NCBI GenBank assembly: GCA_016178135.1
Contig: JACOTW010000003.1
Span: forward strand, 472 to 64,471
Direction of reading: 5' to 3'
Origin: Candidatus Saccharimonadota bacterium
GTDB lineage: Bacteria > Patescibacteriota > Saccharimonadia > Saccharimonadales > JACOTW01
DNA: 64,000 nt
Numbering within the stretch: position 1 is the first letter of the stretch; every line of letters starts with the position of its first letter. The position numbers and the translations under genes are program-made. A model generated the notes under the pieces. The model did not search any database and had not been told where the DNA came from. It saw only the letters and a program-made list of their open reading frames with translations. Shown piece by piece: positions 37,482-47,627 of the stretch.

Positions 37482-37819
37482 AAATTGTTGATAAAATTTC
37501 AGTAACTGAGCTTAAGGAAATGGCTAAGAAGATGGATGGCAATATAGTAAAAGCCGACATAGACATAGTCAGGAAAATAGTGATTGTTGATATGCCTATG
37601 CACTTTGAAGGTGAGCAAGAGTTGCTGGAGCAGGGCTCAAAGCAAAAAGATATTTGGGGCATTAACCTGGTACCGGCACAGTATGGATCGGACGGGTTTA
37701 TTCTGTTTGACTCCATGATAAACATCAAAGTTCATCATAATAACCCTTCGATGGATATTAAATCAGCAGAAATCCGGTCGCAAATAAAAGCTATTATTGA
37801 CGAGGTGACCCATGAGTAA
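37478..37819 (+). CDS. Hypothetical protein (DUF5674-like)
   Basis: IVKADIDI..MHFEGEQELLEQGSKQKDIWGINL..FDSMINIK. Confidence 0.65.
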   Translation: MKIVDKISVTELKEMAKKMDGNIVKADIDIVRKIVIVDMPMHFEGEQELLEQGSKQKDIWGINLVPAQYGSDGFILFDSMINIKVHHNNPSMDIKSAEIRSQIKAIIDEVTHE

Positions 37820-38126
37820 TTACCATACGCAGGCGTTAGCCAACGCCGATATCTTCACTATTATGGGCTCTATTTATGCAGAAGTAGCACGCTATGATTC
37901 GGCAATTGCCGCTAACCGGCCCCAGCAAGCTGTGCAAGCTATCGAGAGGGCACGGGAAATTATTGACTTTTCTCAATCTTTGGGGCAAATAACTAGCGCA
38001 CAAAAACAAGAGGTCAAGACTTTTAGCAATGTTTTGGCAAAGCGGACAGCCAAGAGCTATAAAACAAATCTTGACGATTATTTACTACCTTTTGCCGTAG
38101 CAGCAAGAATGAGGCAATTCAAATGA
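37812..38126 (+). CDS. Hypothetical helical protein
   Basis: Overlap-coupled ORF between pheS and pheT. Confidence 0.6.
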   Translation: MSNYHTQALANADIFTIMGSIYAEVARYDSAIAANRPQQAVQAIERAREIIDFSQSLGQITSAQKQEVKTFSNVLAKRTAKSYKTNLDDYLLPFAVAARMRQFK

Positions 38127-38560
38127 ACAGGTATGACTATATGATTGCCGGTAGATGGCGAAATCATGAGAACATACGCCCACTTCTGGAGGGATTGCGC
38201 AAAGCCGGCAAGAAAGTCTACTGCTTTTTAGACAATGCTTACGACGGTAATGGGGTCTTTATAGACAAAACTGGTAATGGCGTTGAGGATTTTATGACAA
38301 AGCTTGAGACCACAGAAGATTGGCAGACTAACTCTACTTTTCGTAAGATTTATGAGAATGATATGAACGGGCTACAAGAATCCAAAGAATTTATTTTAGT
38401 TTTTCCGGCTGGGTTGGCGGCACATATGGAGCTTGGTGTAGCATTTGGCGGGGGCAAAAAATGTTACGGGATTGGAGAGCCCGAGAAGTACGAAACTTTA
38501 TATCTAATGTTTGACAAGATTTTCCCTGATTCAAAATCATTCTTGGAGTATGCCAAATGA
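38123..38560 (+). CDS. Nucleoside 2-deoxyribosyltransferase-like protein
   Basis: YMIAGRW, IYENDMNGL, PAGLAAHMELGVAFG. Confidence 0.6.
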   Translation: MNRYDYMIAGRWRNHENIRPLLEGLRKAGKKVYCFLDNAYDGNGVFIDKTGNGVEDFMTKLETTEDWQTNSTFRKIYENDMNGLQESKEFILVFPAGLAAHMELGVAFGGGKKCYGIGEPEKYETLYLMFDKIFPDSKSFLEYAK

Positions 38561-41073
38561 AAATATCTTTGAATTGGGTTAAGGAATACACCAGGGTTGA
38601 TTTGTCAGTCGATGAGCTGGTGAAGAAAATTGGGGCACAGCTGGGTGCGGTTGAGGAAGTCATAGACCTCGGTAAAAAATACCAGGGAATTGTTATAGCC
38701 AAAGTCATCACGTGTGAAAAGCATCCCAATGCTGACAAACTGAGCGTCTGTACTATTGACGACGGGGGTATTACACCCAATGTCAAGAGGGATGAAAACG
38801 GCCATGTGGAAGTAGTTTGTGGAGCGCCAAATGTGGCCGCGGGGCAGACCGTTGCGTGGCTGCCGCCTGGCACAACCGTACCGAGTACGCACGACAAAGA
38901 ACCGTTTGTGCTGGAGGCCCGTGAGCTACGCGGCGTGATCAGTAATGGCATGATCGCCAGCGCCCACGAACTGGCGATTAGTGATGACCATAACGGTATT
39001 GTAGTTTTGAATGACGAGCTGAAGCCTGGCAGTAGTTTTGTGGAAGCATTCAAGCTGAACGATTACATCATCGACATAGAAAACAAGATGTTCACTCACC
39101 GGCCTGACTTGTTTGGTCAGCTTGGAGTAGCTCGAGAAATTGCTGGAATTACCCACCAACAATTCAAATCCCCTAACTGGTATGTCAATGTTTTACAAAA
39201 TGTTTTGAATCAAGACGGCCAGATTATTCCGTTAGAGGTCAAAAACACCTTACCAGAATTAGTCTCACGTTTTATGGCGGTGGCTGTAAGCAATATAGAG
39301 GTAAAACCAAGCCCTATTTGGTTACAGAGCTACTTAAGCCGAGTCGGAATTCGGCCAATTAATAACGTCGTAGATATTACCAACTACATCATGATGGAAA
39401 CGGCTCAACCGCTTCATGCCTATGACGCCGACAAGCTGCGACAAGTAGCAAGTAGCAAGGATCAAGTGGCAAAACTGGAAACCAGAAAGTCGCGAAAGGG
39501 CGAAAAGTTACGCTTACTTGGTGGCAAAGAAATAGAATTCGAAGACGATTCGACTATTGTCATCACGTCTGGTGATGTGCCAGTTGGCATCGGCGGAGTG
39601 ATGGGCGGGGCAGACACCGAGGTGGATGAAAATAGCAAGAATATTGTGCTGGAATGTGCCAATTTCGACATGTACTCTATACGGCGCACAGCTATGAGAT
39701 ACGGTTTGTTTACCGATGCTGTCACTAGGTTCAACAAGGGCCAGTCACCCCTGCAAAATGATAGAGTATTGGCCAAGACTGTTAGCATGCTTTGTGAACT
39801 AGCTGGTGGCAAGATTGCCAGTACCGTTCAAGATGTAAACAATGGCCTACCATCACCTAAATCCGTAGCGGTTGACGCGCAGTTTATTAACTCTCGTCTT
39901 GGCCTTAACCTAGATGGCAATGAAATGGCTAGTTTGCTGCGAAACGTTGAGTTTGAAGTAGAGATACGCAATACAACTGCCGGAGCCGGACTTGATGTTA
40001 TTGCACCTTTCTGGCGCACTGATATTGAGATTCCTGAGGATATTGTTGAAGAAATTGGCCGGCTGTATGGCTACGACCATTTGCCGGTAGTCTTGCCAGT
40101 AAGGAGTATCACGCCCCCTAAGCGCGACGAGCTGCTAGACCTCAAAGCCAAAATCCGCGATGTCCTAAGTACGGCTGGCGCGAACGAAGTGCTCACCTAT
40201 AACTTTGTCCATGGGGACTTGATGAGTAAAGTGGGGCAGGACCGATCGCATGCTTTTGAGCTTAGTAATGCGCTTAGTCCGGATTTACAGTATTTTCGTA
40301 CAGGCTTGACATCAAGTTTGCTTGATAAGGTTCATCCAAACATCAAAGCTGGTTTCGATAAACTTGCAATCTTTGAGCTAAATAAAGTTCATTACAAAGA
40401 TGAATGGGAGCCTGATGAGCCAGATATACCGCTGGAGGATAATCACCTAGCTTTAGTTGTCGCATATGATGTTAAGAGTCAGCCAAGTGGCGCTCCGTAT
40501 TATCACGCCCGTAAATACCTGGACCAAGTAGCGCGGGGGTTTGTTAATAGCCTGGTGCCACTTGAGAAATTTGACTTAAGCAAAGACGAATGGGGTCGAC
40601 AGCTGACGGCGCCCTACGAGCCAAAACGCTCAGCGGTTATTGTTAAAGATGACCAGATATGGGGTGTTGTTGGTGAATTTAAGTCGTCTGTGCGTAGAGC
40701 CCTGAAACTACCAGCTTATATTGCTGGTCTAGAGATAAATCTCGGTGTTGCGGCGGTCTATAAGCCCAAATATCGTCCCTTATCGCGTTTCCCTAAAGTC
40801 GAACAAGACATCACGCTCAAAGTCCCAAGCGAAGTGGCACACGGTGAAGTCGCCACTTTGCTTGAGAGCGAACTCGTTACTCGGAAAAATCTAGTATATG
40901 AACTCGTGCCACTAGATATTTATCAGTCCGAGAAAGACCCGGGTCACAAAAACCTGACATTCCGCCTAATAATTGCTTCATACGAAAAAACTATGGTAGC
41001 CCCTGAAGTCAATGGTTTGCTAGATGAAATGGCAGGCTTAGCTAAAGATAAATTGGGTGCGGAGCGAATTTAA
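38557..41073 (+). CDS. pheT: Phenylalanine--tRNA ligase beta subunit
   Basis: KHPNADKLSVC, VVCGAPNV, RPINNVVDITNY, DIVEEIGRLYGY. Confidence 0.97.
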   Translation: MKISLNWVKEYTRVDLSVDELVKKIGAQLGAVEEVIDLGKKYQGIVIAKVITCEKHPNADKLSVCTIDDGGITPNVKRDENGHVEVVCGAPNVAAGQTVAWLPPGTTVPSTHDKEPFVLEARELRGVISNGMIASAHELAISDDHNGIVVLNDELKPGSSFVEAFKLNDYIIDIENKMFTHRPDLFGQLGVAREIAGITHQQFKSPNWYVNVLQNVLNQDGQIIPLEVKNTLPELVSRFMAVAVSNIEVKPSPIWLQSYLSRVGIRPINNVVDITNYIMMETAQPLHAYDADKLRQVASSKDQVAKLETRKSRKGEKLRLLGGKEIEFEDDSTIVITSGDVPVGIGGVMGGADTEVDENSKNIVLECANFDMYSIRRTAMRYGLFTDAVTRFNKGQSPLQNDRVLAKTVSMLCELAGGKIASTVQDVNNGLPSPKSVAVDAQFINSRLGLNLDGNEMASLLRNVEFEVEIRNTTAGAGLDVIAPFWRTDIEIPEDIVEEIGRLYGYDHLPVVLPVRSITPPKRDELLDLKAKIRDVLSTAGANEVLTYNFVHGDLMSKVGQDRSHAFELSNALSPDLQYFRTGLTSSLLDKVHPNIKAGFDKLAIFELNKVHYKDEWEPDEPDIPLEDNHLALVVAYDVKSQPSGAPYYHARKYLDQVARGFVNSLVPLEKFDLSKDEWGRQLTAPYEPKRSAVIVKDDQIWGVVGEFKSSVRRALKLPAYIAGLEINLGVAAVYKPKYRPLSRFPKVEQDITLKVPSEVAHGEVATLLESELVTRKNLVYELVPLDIYQSEKDPGHKNLTFRLIIASYEKTMVAPEVNGLLDEMAGLAKDKLGAERI

Positions 41074-41076
41074 TCC

Positions 41077-42912
41077 ATGAAGTTATTCAAGAAATTTATC
41101 AGCGCCTTGGCGCTGTGCTTGTTAGTTGGCCTTAGCTTGTCTTCGGTGGTATATGGCGATACCAACGCATTCATGATCACTAATTTTTCTGCTGATTACT
41201 ACCTGTCTAAAGATGATCCCCAGGGTAGCATGCGTGTGGTTGAGCAATTGGACGTTAATTTTACAGATAATAATCACGGCATACTTAGGGCTATACCAAA
41301 CAGCTACAAGGGTCAATATCTAAAACTACACATCAATAATGTATCCTCTAAAACTGGCGCACCCAGTGACTTTACGACCTACGGGCAGAATGGCAACACG
41401 GTTTTAAAAATAGGCGACCCCGACAGAACTGTTACTGGGGTCCAGCAGTACACCATAGATTACACTGTCCAGAATGTAATTACTTTTTACAATGACCATG
41501 ATGAGCTGTACTGGGATATAAATGGCGATCAGTGGGGGCAATCTTTTCTGGGTGTTACCGCCAATTTTCATTTGCCAAGTGGCTTGGAGGTAAAAGGTCA
41601 AAAATGCTTTGCTCCTGATTTAGATGGGACAGACAATGCTTGCTCCATAACAAATAGTTCCGACAAGGTAACAACAAGAACATACGGTAGTTTGGGACCC
41701 AGAAAGACACTGACTGTAGTTTTGGCCTTCCCTAGAGGTTATTTCGTCGCTCCGACCTTCAAAGATAAATTAGTTGATTTTCTAAATGGTTTCTGGAAAA
41801 TTGGCGCGCTACCGCTATTTACCCTGATTGTTGGTCTTGTTCTCTGGTTAAAGTTTGGGCGAGATGCTAAAGGCAGGGGCGTAATAATTGCAGAATATGA
41901 TGCTCCAGACGGTCTAAGCCCGCTTGAAGTTGGGGCTATTGCAGATTTTAAGGTAGATAATCGCGATATTTCTGCCACCGTGATAGATCTAGCCATCAGA
42001 AAGTATATTCGAATTATCGAAGAAGACAAAAAAAGTATATTCAAGAAAAATAAAAAATATTCGTTCGAGTTGATGGAGGATATACCGGACTCGCATAAAA
42101 TTGACAACCTAAAACCTCACGAATTAACTTTGCTACAAGGCATTTTTATTGACTTTGATACTATTGCACTAGCCGGCAAAAATGGTTACATGGCAAAAGG
42201 TCTGGCGGTTGGCCTAGATAGCTTAAAAACGAAGTTTTATATCACAGTCAAGAACATTCGTGATGATGTAGGCAAAAACCTAAAAACCAACGGATATTTT
42301 GCCTGGAATTCCGTCAAGTATGCCTCCATTATAGGAGGCTATTCTATATTTTCATATATTATGGCTGGGATAATTTTGTCGCAGTTATTTTCAAATTTCG
42401 AAAGCCTGGGCTTAGTTGTCGGACCGGGGTTGATCCTTAGTGTCACTATGATGATCGTTATAATAATTATATTCGTAAAAATAATGCCCAGCAGAACGTC
42501 CAAGGGCGTCCAGGTCAAAGAACATGCCGAAGGTCTTAAGCTGTATTTAGAGACTGCCGAAAAAGACCGTTTAGCCATGTTACAGTCTCCAGATGCACCC
42601 TATGCTGCAAAATCTTCCGATCCAAAACGAACTGTAGAACTTTTTGAAAAACTTTTACCATACGCCATAGTATTGGGGGTGGAAAAGCAGTGGGCCAAAC
42701 AATTCGAATCTATCTACACGACACCACCGGATTGGTATAGCGGTAACTGGACTACATTTAATGCCGTTTATCTGACTTCTAGTTTAAGTACTAGTATATC
42801 GGCAATGGGCGCCAATTTTAGCTCTCCCAGCAGTTCGGGAAGTAGTGGTTTTTCGGGCGGTGGCGGTTTTTCGGGTGGCGGAGGTGGTGGCGGTGGCGGT
42901 GGCGGTTGGTAG
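41077..42912 (+). CDS. DUF2207 membrane protein
   Basis: Signal peptide, DELYWD, FEKLLPYAIVLG, Gly-rich tail ending in W. Confidence 0.88.
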   Translation: MKLFKKFISALALCLLVGLSLSSVVYGDTNAFMITNFSADYYLSKDDPQGSMRVVEQLDVNFTDNNHGILRAIPNSYKGQYLKLHINNVSSKTGAPSDFTTYGQNGNTVLKIGDPDRTVTGVQQYTIDYTVQNVITFYNDHDELYWDINGDQWGQSFLGVTANFHLPSGLEVKGQKCFAPDLDGTDNACSITNSSDKVTTRTYGSLGPRKTLTVVLAFPRGYFVAPTFKDKLVDFLNGFWKIGALPLFTLIVGLVLWLKFGRDAKGRGVIIAEYDAPDGLSPLEVGAIADFKVDNRDISATVIDLAIRKYIRIIEEDKKSIFKKNKKYSFELMEDIPDSHKIDNLKPHELTLLQGIFIDFDTIALAGKNGYMAKGLAVGLDSLKTKFYITVKNIRDDVGKNLKTNGYFAWNSVKYASIIGGYSIFSYIMAGIILSQLFSNFESLGLVVGPGLILSVTMMIVIIIIFVKIMPSRTSKGVQVKEHAEGLKLYLETAEKDRLAMLQSPDAPYAAKSSDPKRTVELFEKLLPYAIVLGVEKQWAKQFESIYTTPPDWYSGNWTTFNAVYLTSSLSTSISAMGANFSSPSSSGSSGFSGGGGFSGGGGGGGGGGGW

Positions 42913-42946
42913 CGCAAATTATCGATAGCGTGGTAATCTTTTACTG

Positions 42947-44722
42947 ATGAAGTATCTTTGGAGGATAATTAAATTTACCAGTTCGCTGAAGCGATACTAT
43001 TTGGCTATTTCCGTTATGACTATTTTGCTGGCGATTATGAGTCAACTCGTGCCGCTATTTACCAAGGCTGCTATTGATCAAGTAACTAAAAACGGTGGTC
43101 AAACAAACGTAGGCTTGGTTGCCCTCTACGCTTTTTTAATATTCTTAACAGATATTGGTCAATCGTTGTTCTCTAATATTAGTGGCTATTGGGGTGATAT
43201 TTTATCAGTCAAACTAAGGCAGTTTATGAGTAATAAATATTATGAACATTTGCTAAGTTTGCCACAGCGTTATTTTGACACTGAACTGACAGGTACGATT
43301 ATTAATCGTATGAATCGAGGCATTCAGGATATCAGTGACTTTATCCAGGTGTTTAGTAATAATTTTTTGCAGTTTATATTTAGTACTATTTTTACATTGG
43401 CGATCGTAGCTTACTATGCTTGGCCCGTAGCTCTTATGCTGGCGATGCTTTACCCTATATTTATTTGGATGACTGCCAAAACCAGCCATAAATGGCAGTT
43501 TTATCAAAGAAAAATCAACCAAGATATTGATATAGCTAGTGGTCGGTTCGCGGAAAGTATCGGACAGGTCAGGGTCGTAAAGAGTTTTATCCAAGAAGCC
43601 AGGGAGCTGAAGTTTTTTGATCAACAATTTCGTAAGGCTACGAAAACCGTTACTCCGCAGAGTCGTTACTGGCATGAGCGTGATAATCTACGCCGTACCA
43701 TATTGTCAGTAATCTTTTTCTTTGTATTTGTGTTTATTTTTGTGGAAACGGCTCGCGGTCGGTATAGCGTCGGTACCATGGTTTTGCTTATACAGTATTC
43801 TATGCTCATACGCATACCAATCTTTAGTATTAGCTTTTTAGTTGATCGTACCCAGCGAGCAGTAGCTAATAGTAAGGAGTATTTCGAGGTCATGGAACAG
43901 CAGCCGGATTTCACTGACAAACCAGGTGCAATGAAGCTGAAAGTTAAAGAAGGCCGGATTGATTTTGATAACGTTTCATTCAGCTATGACCTTAAACAGC
44001 CAGTCCTTAAAAATATAAATCTTGCTATTGCGCCGGATACAAAAGTTGCGTTAGTTGGTGAAAGCGGTGAAGGTAAAACAACCTTGACGAACCTATTATT
44101 GCGTTTTTACGAGCCAGAAAAAGGTCAGATACTTATAGATGATCAAAATATTAATGATGTTACTCAAGCCAGTTTACGTCAGCAAATCGGTGTTGTTTTT
44201 CAGGATTCAGCATTATTCAGCGGTACTATAAAGGAAAATATTTGTTATGCTAAGCCGAGCGTAACGGATGATCAGCTTCTTGCTGCTGCTAAAGCGGCTA
44301 ATGCTCATGAGTTTATTGAAAAATTACCGAACGGTTATGACACAGAGATTGGTGAACGCGGACTTAAACTGTCAGGTGGTCAAAAACAACGCATAGCTAT
44401 TGCACGTGCAATACTGAAAGACGCGCCAATATTAGTGCTGGATGAAGCAACCAGTAGTCTTGATAGTAAAAGCGAAAATATGGTTCAGCAGGCATTGGAA
44501 CGTCTCATGCGTGGACGCACCACTATCATTATTGCGCATCGGTTGAGCACTATTCAGAACGTAGATCAAATTATTACTATTAGAAATGGATGTATTGATG
44601 AAGTTGGTACGCCTAGTAAGCTTGCCCATAGCGGCGGAATCTACGATCAATTATTAAAATTACAACATGGGCAAACAGAGACAACCAAGAAGAAGCTTAA
44701 AGAGTTTGAAATTGCTGCCTAA
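42947..44722 (+). CDS. ABC exporter, fused permease and ATPase (MsbA-like)
   Basis: GESGEGKTT, LSGGQKQRIAIAR, LDEATSSLD. Confidence 0.93.
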   Translation: MKYLWRIIKFTSSLKRYYLAISVMTILLAIMSQLVPLFTKAAIDQVTKNGGQTNVGLVALYAFLIFLTDIGQSLFSNISGYWGDILSVKLRQFMSNKYYEHLLSLPQRYFDTELTGTIINRMNRGIQDISDFIQVFSNNFLQFIFSTIFTLAIVAYYAWPVALMLAMLYPIFIWMTAKTSHKWQFYQRKINQDIDIASGRFAESIGQVRVVKSFIQEARELKFFDQQFRKATKTVTPQSRYWHERDNLRRTILSVIFFFVFVFIFVETARGRYSVGTMVLLIQYSMLIRIPIFSISFLVDRTQRAVANSKEYFEVMEQQPDFTDKPGAMKLKVKEGRIDFDNVSFSYDLKQPVLKNINLAIAPDTKVALVGESGEGKTTLTNLLLRFYEPEKGQILIDDQNINDVTQASLRQQIGVVFQDSALFSGTIKENICYAKPSVTDDQLLAAAKAANAHEFIEKLPNGYDTEIGERGLKLSGGQKQRIAIARAILKDAPILVLDEATSSLDSKSENMVQQALERLMRGRTTIIIAHRLSTIQNVDQIITIRNGCIDEVGTPSKLAHSGGIYDQLLKLQHGQTETTKKKLKEFEIAA

Positions 44723-44756
44723 ATCCAGTACACTGGGACTATCTAGAAAGGGTTAG

Positions 44757-45293
44757 ATGGCAAAAACAAAACCATATGAACGTATTTTTGCGTTGACCGC
44801 TGCCTTAGTTTTTTTGACTACCACAGTCGCGATTAGTTTAGTGGTGGTGTGGCAGGCAAGACAAGATAACAAAGACAGCCAAACGGCTATTTCACAACAA
44901 GGGTCATTAAAGGAGGCTAAATTGGAAGGCACTAAATTAGCAGGCTTCACGCCGATAGACAAGGTAGAACAATTACAAATTTCTGATTTGCAGGTAGGCA
45001 CTGGAGCAGAAGTCAAAGAGGGTGCCACGGTAACGGCGCACTACACCGGAGCGTTAGCCAAAAACGGTACTATTTTTCAAAGCTCGCACGATGGCGCTAA
45101 TCAGCCAGTAGAATTTCCTTTGAATGGCGTAATTGCTGGCTGGACAAAGGGAGTGCCCGGCATGAAAGTAGGTGGCACGCGACGCTTAATTATTCCGGCC
45201 AGTTTAGCTTACGGAGAAAGTTCACCATCGGCAAATATCCCCCCAAACTCCGACCTAGTTTTTGATATAGAATTAACTGCGATCAAAAATTAA
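44757..45293 (+). CDS. FKBP-type peptidyl-prolyl isomerase
   Basis: HYTG, VIAGWTKGVPGMKVGGTRRLIIP..AYG, IPPNSDLVFDIEL. Confidence 0.95.
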   Translation: MAKTKPYERIFALTAALVFLTTTVAISLVVVWQARQDNKDSQTAISQQGSLKEAKLEGTKLAGFTPIDKVEQLQISDLQVGTGAEVKEGATVTAHYTGALAKNGTIFQSSHDGANQPVEFPLNGVIAGWTKGVPGMKVGGTRRLIIPASLAYGESSPSANIPPNSDLVFDIELTAIKN

Positions 45294-45311
45294 AATTACG
45301 GAGATTCTATA

Positions 45312-45451
45312 CTCGACTTACCCAAAATTGTCCGTTTCCAGAGTGAATTATCTCGAGCGAAAACTGTTTTCGCTCATCCAGCTGGAACCAAGGCATCAAT
45401 GGCTAAGTGCGAAACTCGTGTCCGGGAACGGGCGATTTTGCGTAAGTCCAG
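45312..45451. repeat. Chimeric A/B element
   Basis: A end, then B right end GGCTAAGTGCGAAACTCGTG, then A end GGGAACGGGCGATTTTGCGTAAGTCCAG. Confidence 0.85.
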
Positions 45452-45529
45452 TAAATACAAAAACACAACATGTAGCGTATTGCATAAGTATCAAAACGCT
45501 ATACAATAAGTCTTGCAAGCTTTTTTATA

Positions 45530-45574
45530 GGGCTTACGCATTACCCTGTTATCTATGTAAAAGTGCGAAAGTTC
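45530..45574. repeat. Minimal family B element (45 bp), TATA duplication
   Basis: GGGCTTACGCA...AAAAGTGCGAAAGTTC with TATA on both sides. Confidence 0.7.
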
Positions 45575-45627
45575 TATATAAAAAATTAACAAACAACGTA
45601 AAAGTATCAAAAGAAAGGGTAAATATC

Positions 45628-45876
45628 ATGGTTAAAAATATCACAGTTTTCACTACTAACACTTGCGCCTACTGTGGCATGGTTAAGAAGTGGCTTGGTG
45701 CCAAAGGCTTTACTTATGAGGAAGTTAATCTAGATCAAAACCCCGATCGACAACAAGAAGCGTTTGAAATGAGTGGTGCTTTGTCTGTACCAGTAACCAT
45801 AATAACAAAACATGACGATAGCCGTGAAGTAGTCATAGGTTACAATTTGGCCAAACTAGCTCCCGCAATAGCCTAA
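45628..45876 (+). CDS. NrdH / glutaredoxin-like protein
   Basis: VFTTNTCAYCGMVK, SVPV; start at MVKNIT after GAAAGG. Confidence 0.9.
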   Translation: MVKNITVFTTNTCAYCGMVKKWLGAKGFTYEEVNLDQNPDRQQEAFEMSGALSVPVTIITKHDDSREVVIGYNLAKLAPAIA

Positions 45877-45881
45877 GATTT

Positions 45882-46829
45882 ATGAATGAAACTGAAATAC
45901 ACGATGTAGTTATAGTTGGGGCTGGTCCAGCGGCTTTATCGGCGGCGATTTACACGACACGTGAGGATATAGATACGGTATTGTTTGAAAAAGGTGTTAT
46001 TGGCGGTTTGGCCGCAGTTACCGATTGGATTGATAATTATCCTGGCTTTCCAAAAGGTATTGCCGGACTAGAATTGGCGGATGGTCTACGCGAACAAGCC
46101 GAGAGATTCGGTGCGGATATTCGCCTTGGAGAGGTTACAAAAATTATTAACAAGGGGGAGTATAAACAGCTAAATACAACCGAGGGCGAAATTAAAGCCA
46201 GGGCGGTTCTCATAGCTACAGGTAGTGACTACAAGAAGCTAGGCATTCCTGGAGAGCAAGAATATTATGCCCGTGGCGTTCACTATTGCGCAACTTGTGA
46301 CGGCGCTTTTTATCGCGATAAAAAATTAGTTGTAGTGGGCGGTGGTAACTCGGCCGTTCAAGAAGCAATGTTTTTGACTAAATTTGCCAGCCACATTGAT
46401 TTATTAGTTCGTGGTCCAGAGATGCGCGCCAGCGAGATTTTGCAGCATGAACTGAAAAAACAAAAAGATAAAATAACCGTACACTTAAATATTACGACTG
46501 ATCAAATAATTGGAGTTGACGGCAAGGTAGTTAAGGTTATTGGTACAAATATTAAAAGCAATCAACAAATAGAATTTTCAACGGACGGTGTTTTTGTATT
46601 TATTGGTCTTTTGCCGAATACGGCATTCTTGAAAGATTCCAAAATTGAGCTTGATCAAATAGGTATGGTCAAAACCAATTCCGATCTAGAAACTGCCGTG
46701 CCTGGTGTTTTTGCCGCTGGCGATGTGCGTTCTGGTGCAACTATGCAAATAGCAAGCGCCACTGGTGAGGGCGCCACAGCGGCTCTGATAATCCGCAAAT
46801 ACCTAGAAGGTAAAACAGTCGAGCAATAA
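45882..46829 (+). CDS. trxB: Thioredoxin reductase
   Basis: GAGPAALSAAIY, HYCATCDG, VGGGNSA, GVFAAGD. Confidence 0.95.
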   Translation: MNETEIHDVVIVGAGPAALSAAIYTTREDIDTVLFEKGVIGGLAAVTDWIDNYPGFPKGIAGLELADGLREQAERFGADIRLGEVTKIINKGEYKQLNTTEGEIKARAVLIATGSDYKKLGIPGEQEYYARGVHYCATCDGAFYRDKKLVVVGGGNSAVQEAMFLTKFASHIDLLVRGPEMRASEILQHELKKQKDKITVHLNITTDQIIGVDGKVVKVIGTNIKSNQQIEFSTDGVFVFIGLLPNTAFLKDSKIELDQIGMVKTNSDLETAVPGVFAAGDVRSGATMQIASATGEGATAALIIRKYLEGKTVEQ

Positions 46830-46835
46830 ACGCTC

Positions 46836-46936
46836 GTACCTAGACTCTCAAGGGCGCTCTTTCACCTATGAAATTACTTGCTTATGGCAGGTAATTTCAA
46901 GGGAAGCGCTTGCCGACCCTTTCGAGTTCTAGGTAC
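46836..46936. repeat. 101-bp palindrome between convergent genes
   Basis: GTACCTAG...CTAGGTAC outer arms; inner TGAAATTACTTGC / GCAGGTAATTTCA. Confidence 0.7.
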
Positions 46937-46949
46937 TCACCTTATTCGA

Positions 46950-47627
46950 TTATATGGATGGGTAGCCGGGGAAGTAGTCGGTGACGAGCCGACTGTTTGA
47001 GACGCCCTTTTCCTGAAGTTCGTCCACAAAAGTTTCGGTCATTGGTTCCGGGCCAGAGATAAATATTAGGCAGCCAGGCAGCTTTTTGGCATAGCTCAGA
47101 ATATTCTGAGTTGTAAGTCGCCTACCCACCACAGGAGTGAATTCTAACCCATATTTTACAAATAAATCCTGAAAGGCAAGTTCCTCAGGTTCATTGACAG
47201 CGTAAACAAGATGAATTTTGCGTTTTTCACTTGTGTCGGACAGCCATTTTACTATGCTGTGAAATGGCGTGATGCCAATACCACCAGCAATAAAAAGTAA
47301 GGGTATGGTTTTGTCTTTTGGTAGCACGAAATCGCCCATTGGGTCAGCCAGATTTAGCGTGGCGCCAGGCTTCAGCGAAGAGAGAGCCTTTTTGAAGCTG
47401 CTACCGTTTTCACTGGCAAATTTTGTGGTGATGCTTACCATGTCATCGGTTGGCGAAGAAGAGATGGTGAACCACCGTTTGTCACCGCGCTGGTCTACTT
47501 TTTCGTGCGACAAATGTATCTGAGTATATTGACCAGCTATATGCTTAGGGTGACGATCCTCTGGCTTGAACCAAAACGTCTTGATATTTTTTGCAGTTGA
47601 TTCTGCGTGGTCGAACATCACTCTCAT
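46950..47627 (-). CDS. FNR-like FAD/NAD(P)-binding oxidoreductase
   Basis: RWFTISSSP, PMGDF, IAGGIGITPF, SGPEPM. Confidence 0.88.
   Translation of the reverse strand: MRVMFDHAESTAKNIKTFWFKPEDRHPKHIAGQYTQIHLSHEKVDQRGDKRWFTISSSPTDDMVSITTKFASENGSSFKKALSSLKPGATLNLADPMGDFVLPKDKTIPLLFIAGGIGITPFHSIVKWLSDTSEKRKIHLVYAVNEPEELAFQDLFVKYGLEFTPVVGRRLTTQNILSYAKKLPGCLIFISGPEPMTETFVDELQEKGVSNSRLVTDYFPGYPSI

Noticed and set aside
31825-39053. Long antisense ORFs 31825-32559 and 38391-39053
   Set aside because: Shadows of the ZIP/rmuC and pheT genes with no motifs
42830-42912. GGC/GGT-rich low-complexity tract
   Set aside because: Normal Gly-rich C-terminus of DUF2207 proteins
45328-45627. Long N-terminal extension of the glutaredoxin ORF
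   Set aside because: It derives from the A/B chimera; an SD-preceded ATG at 45628 gives a normal-size protein
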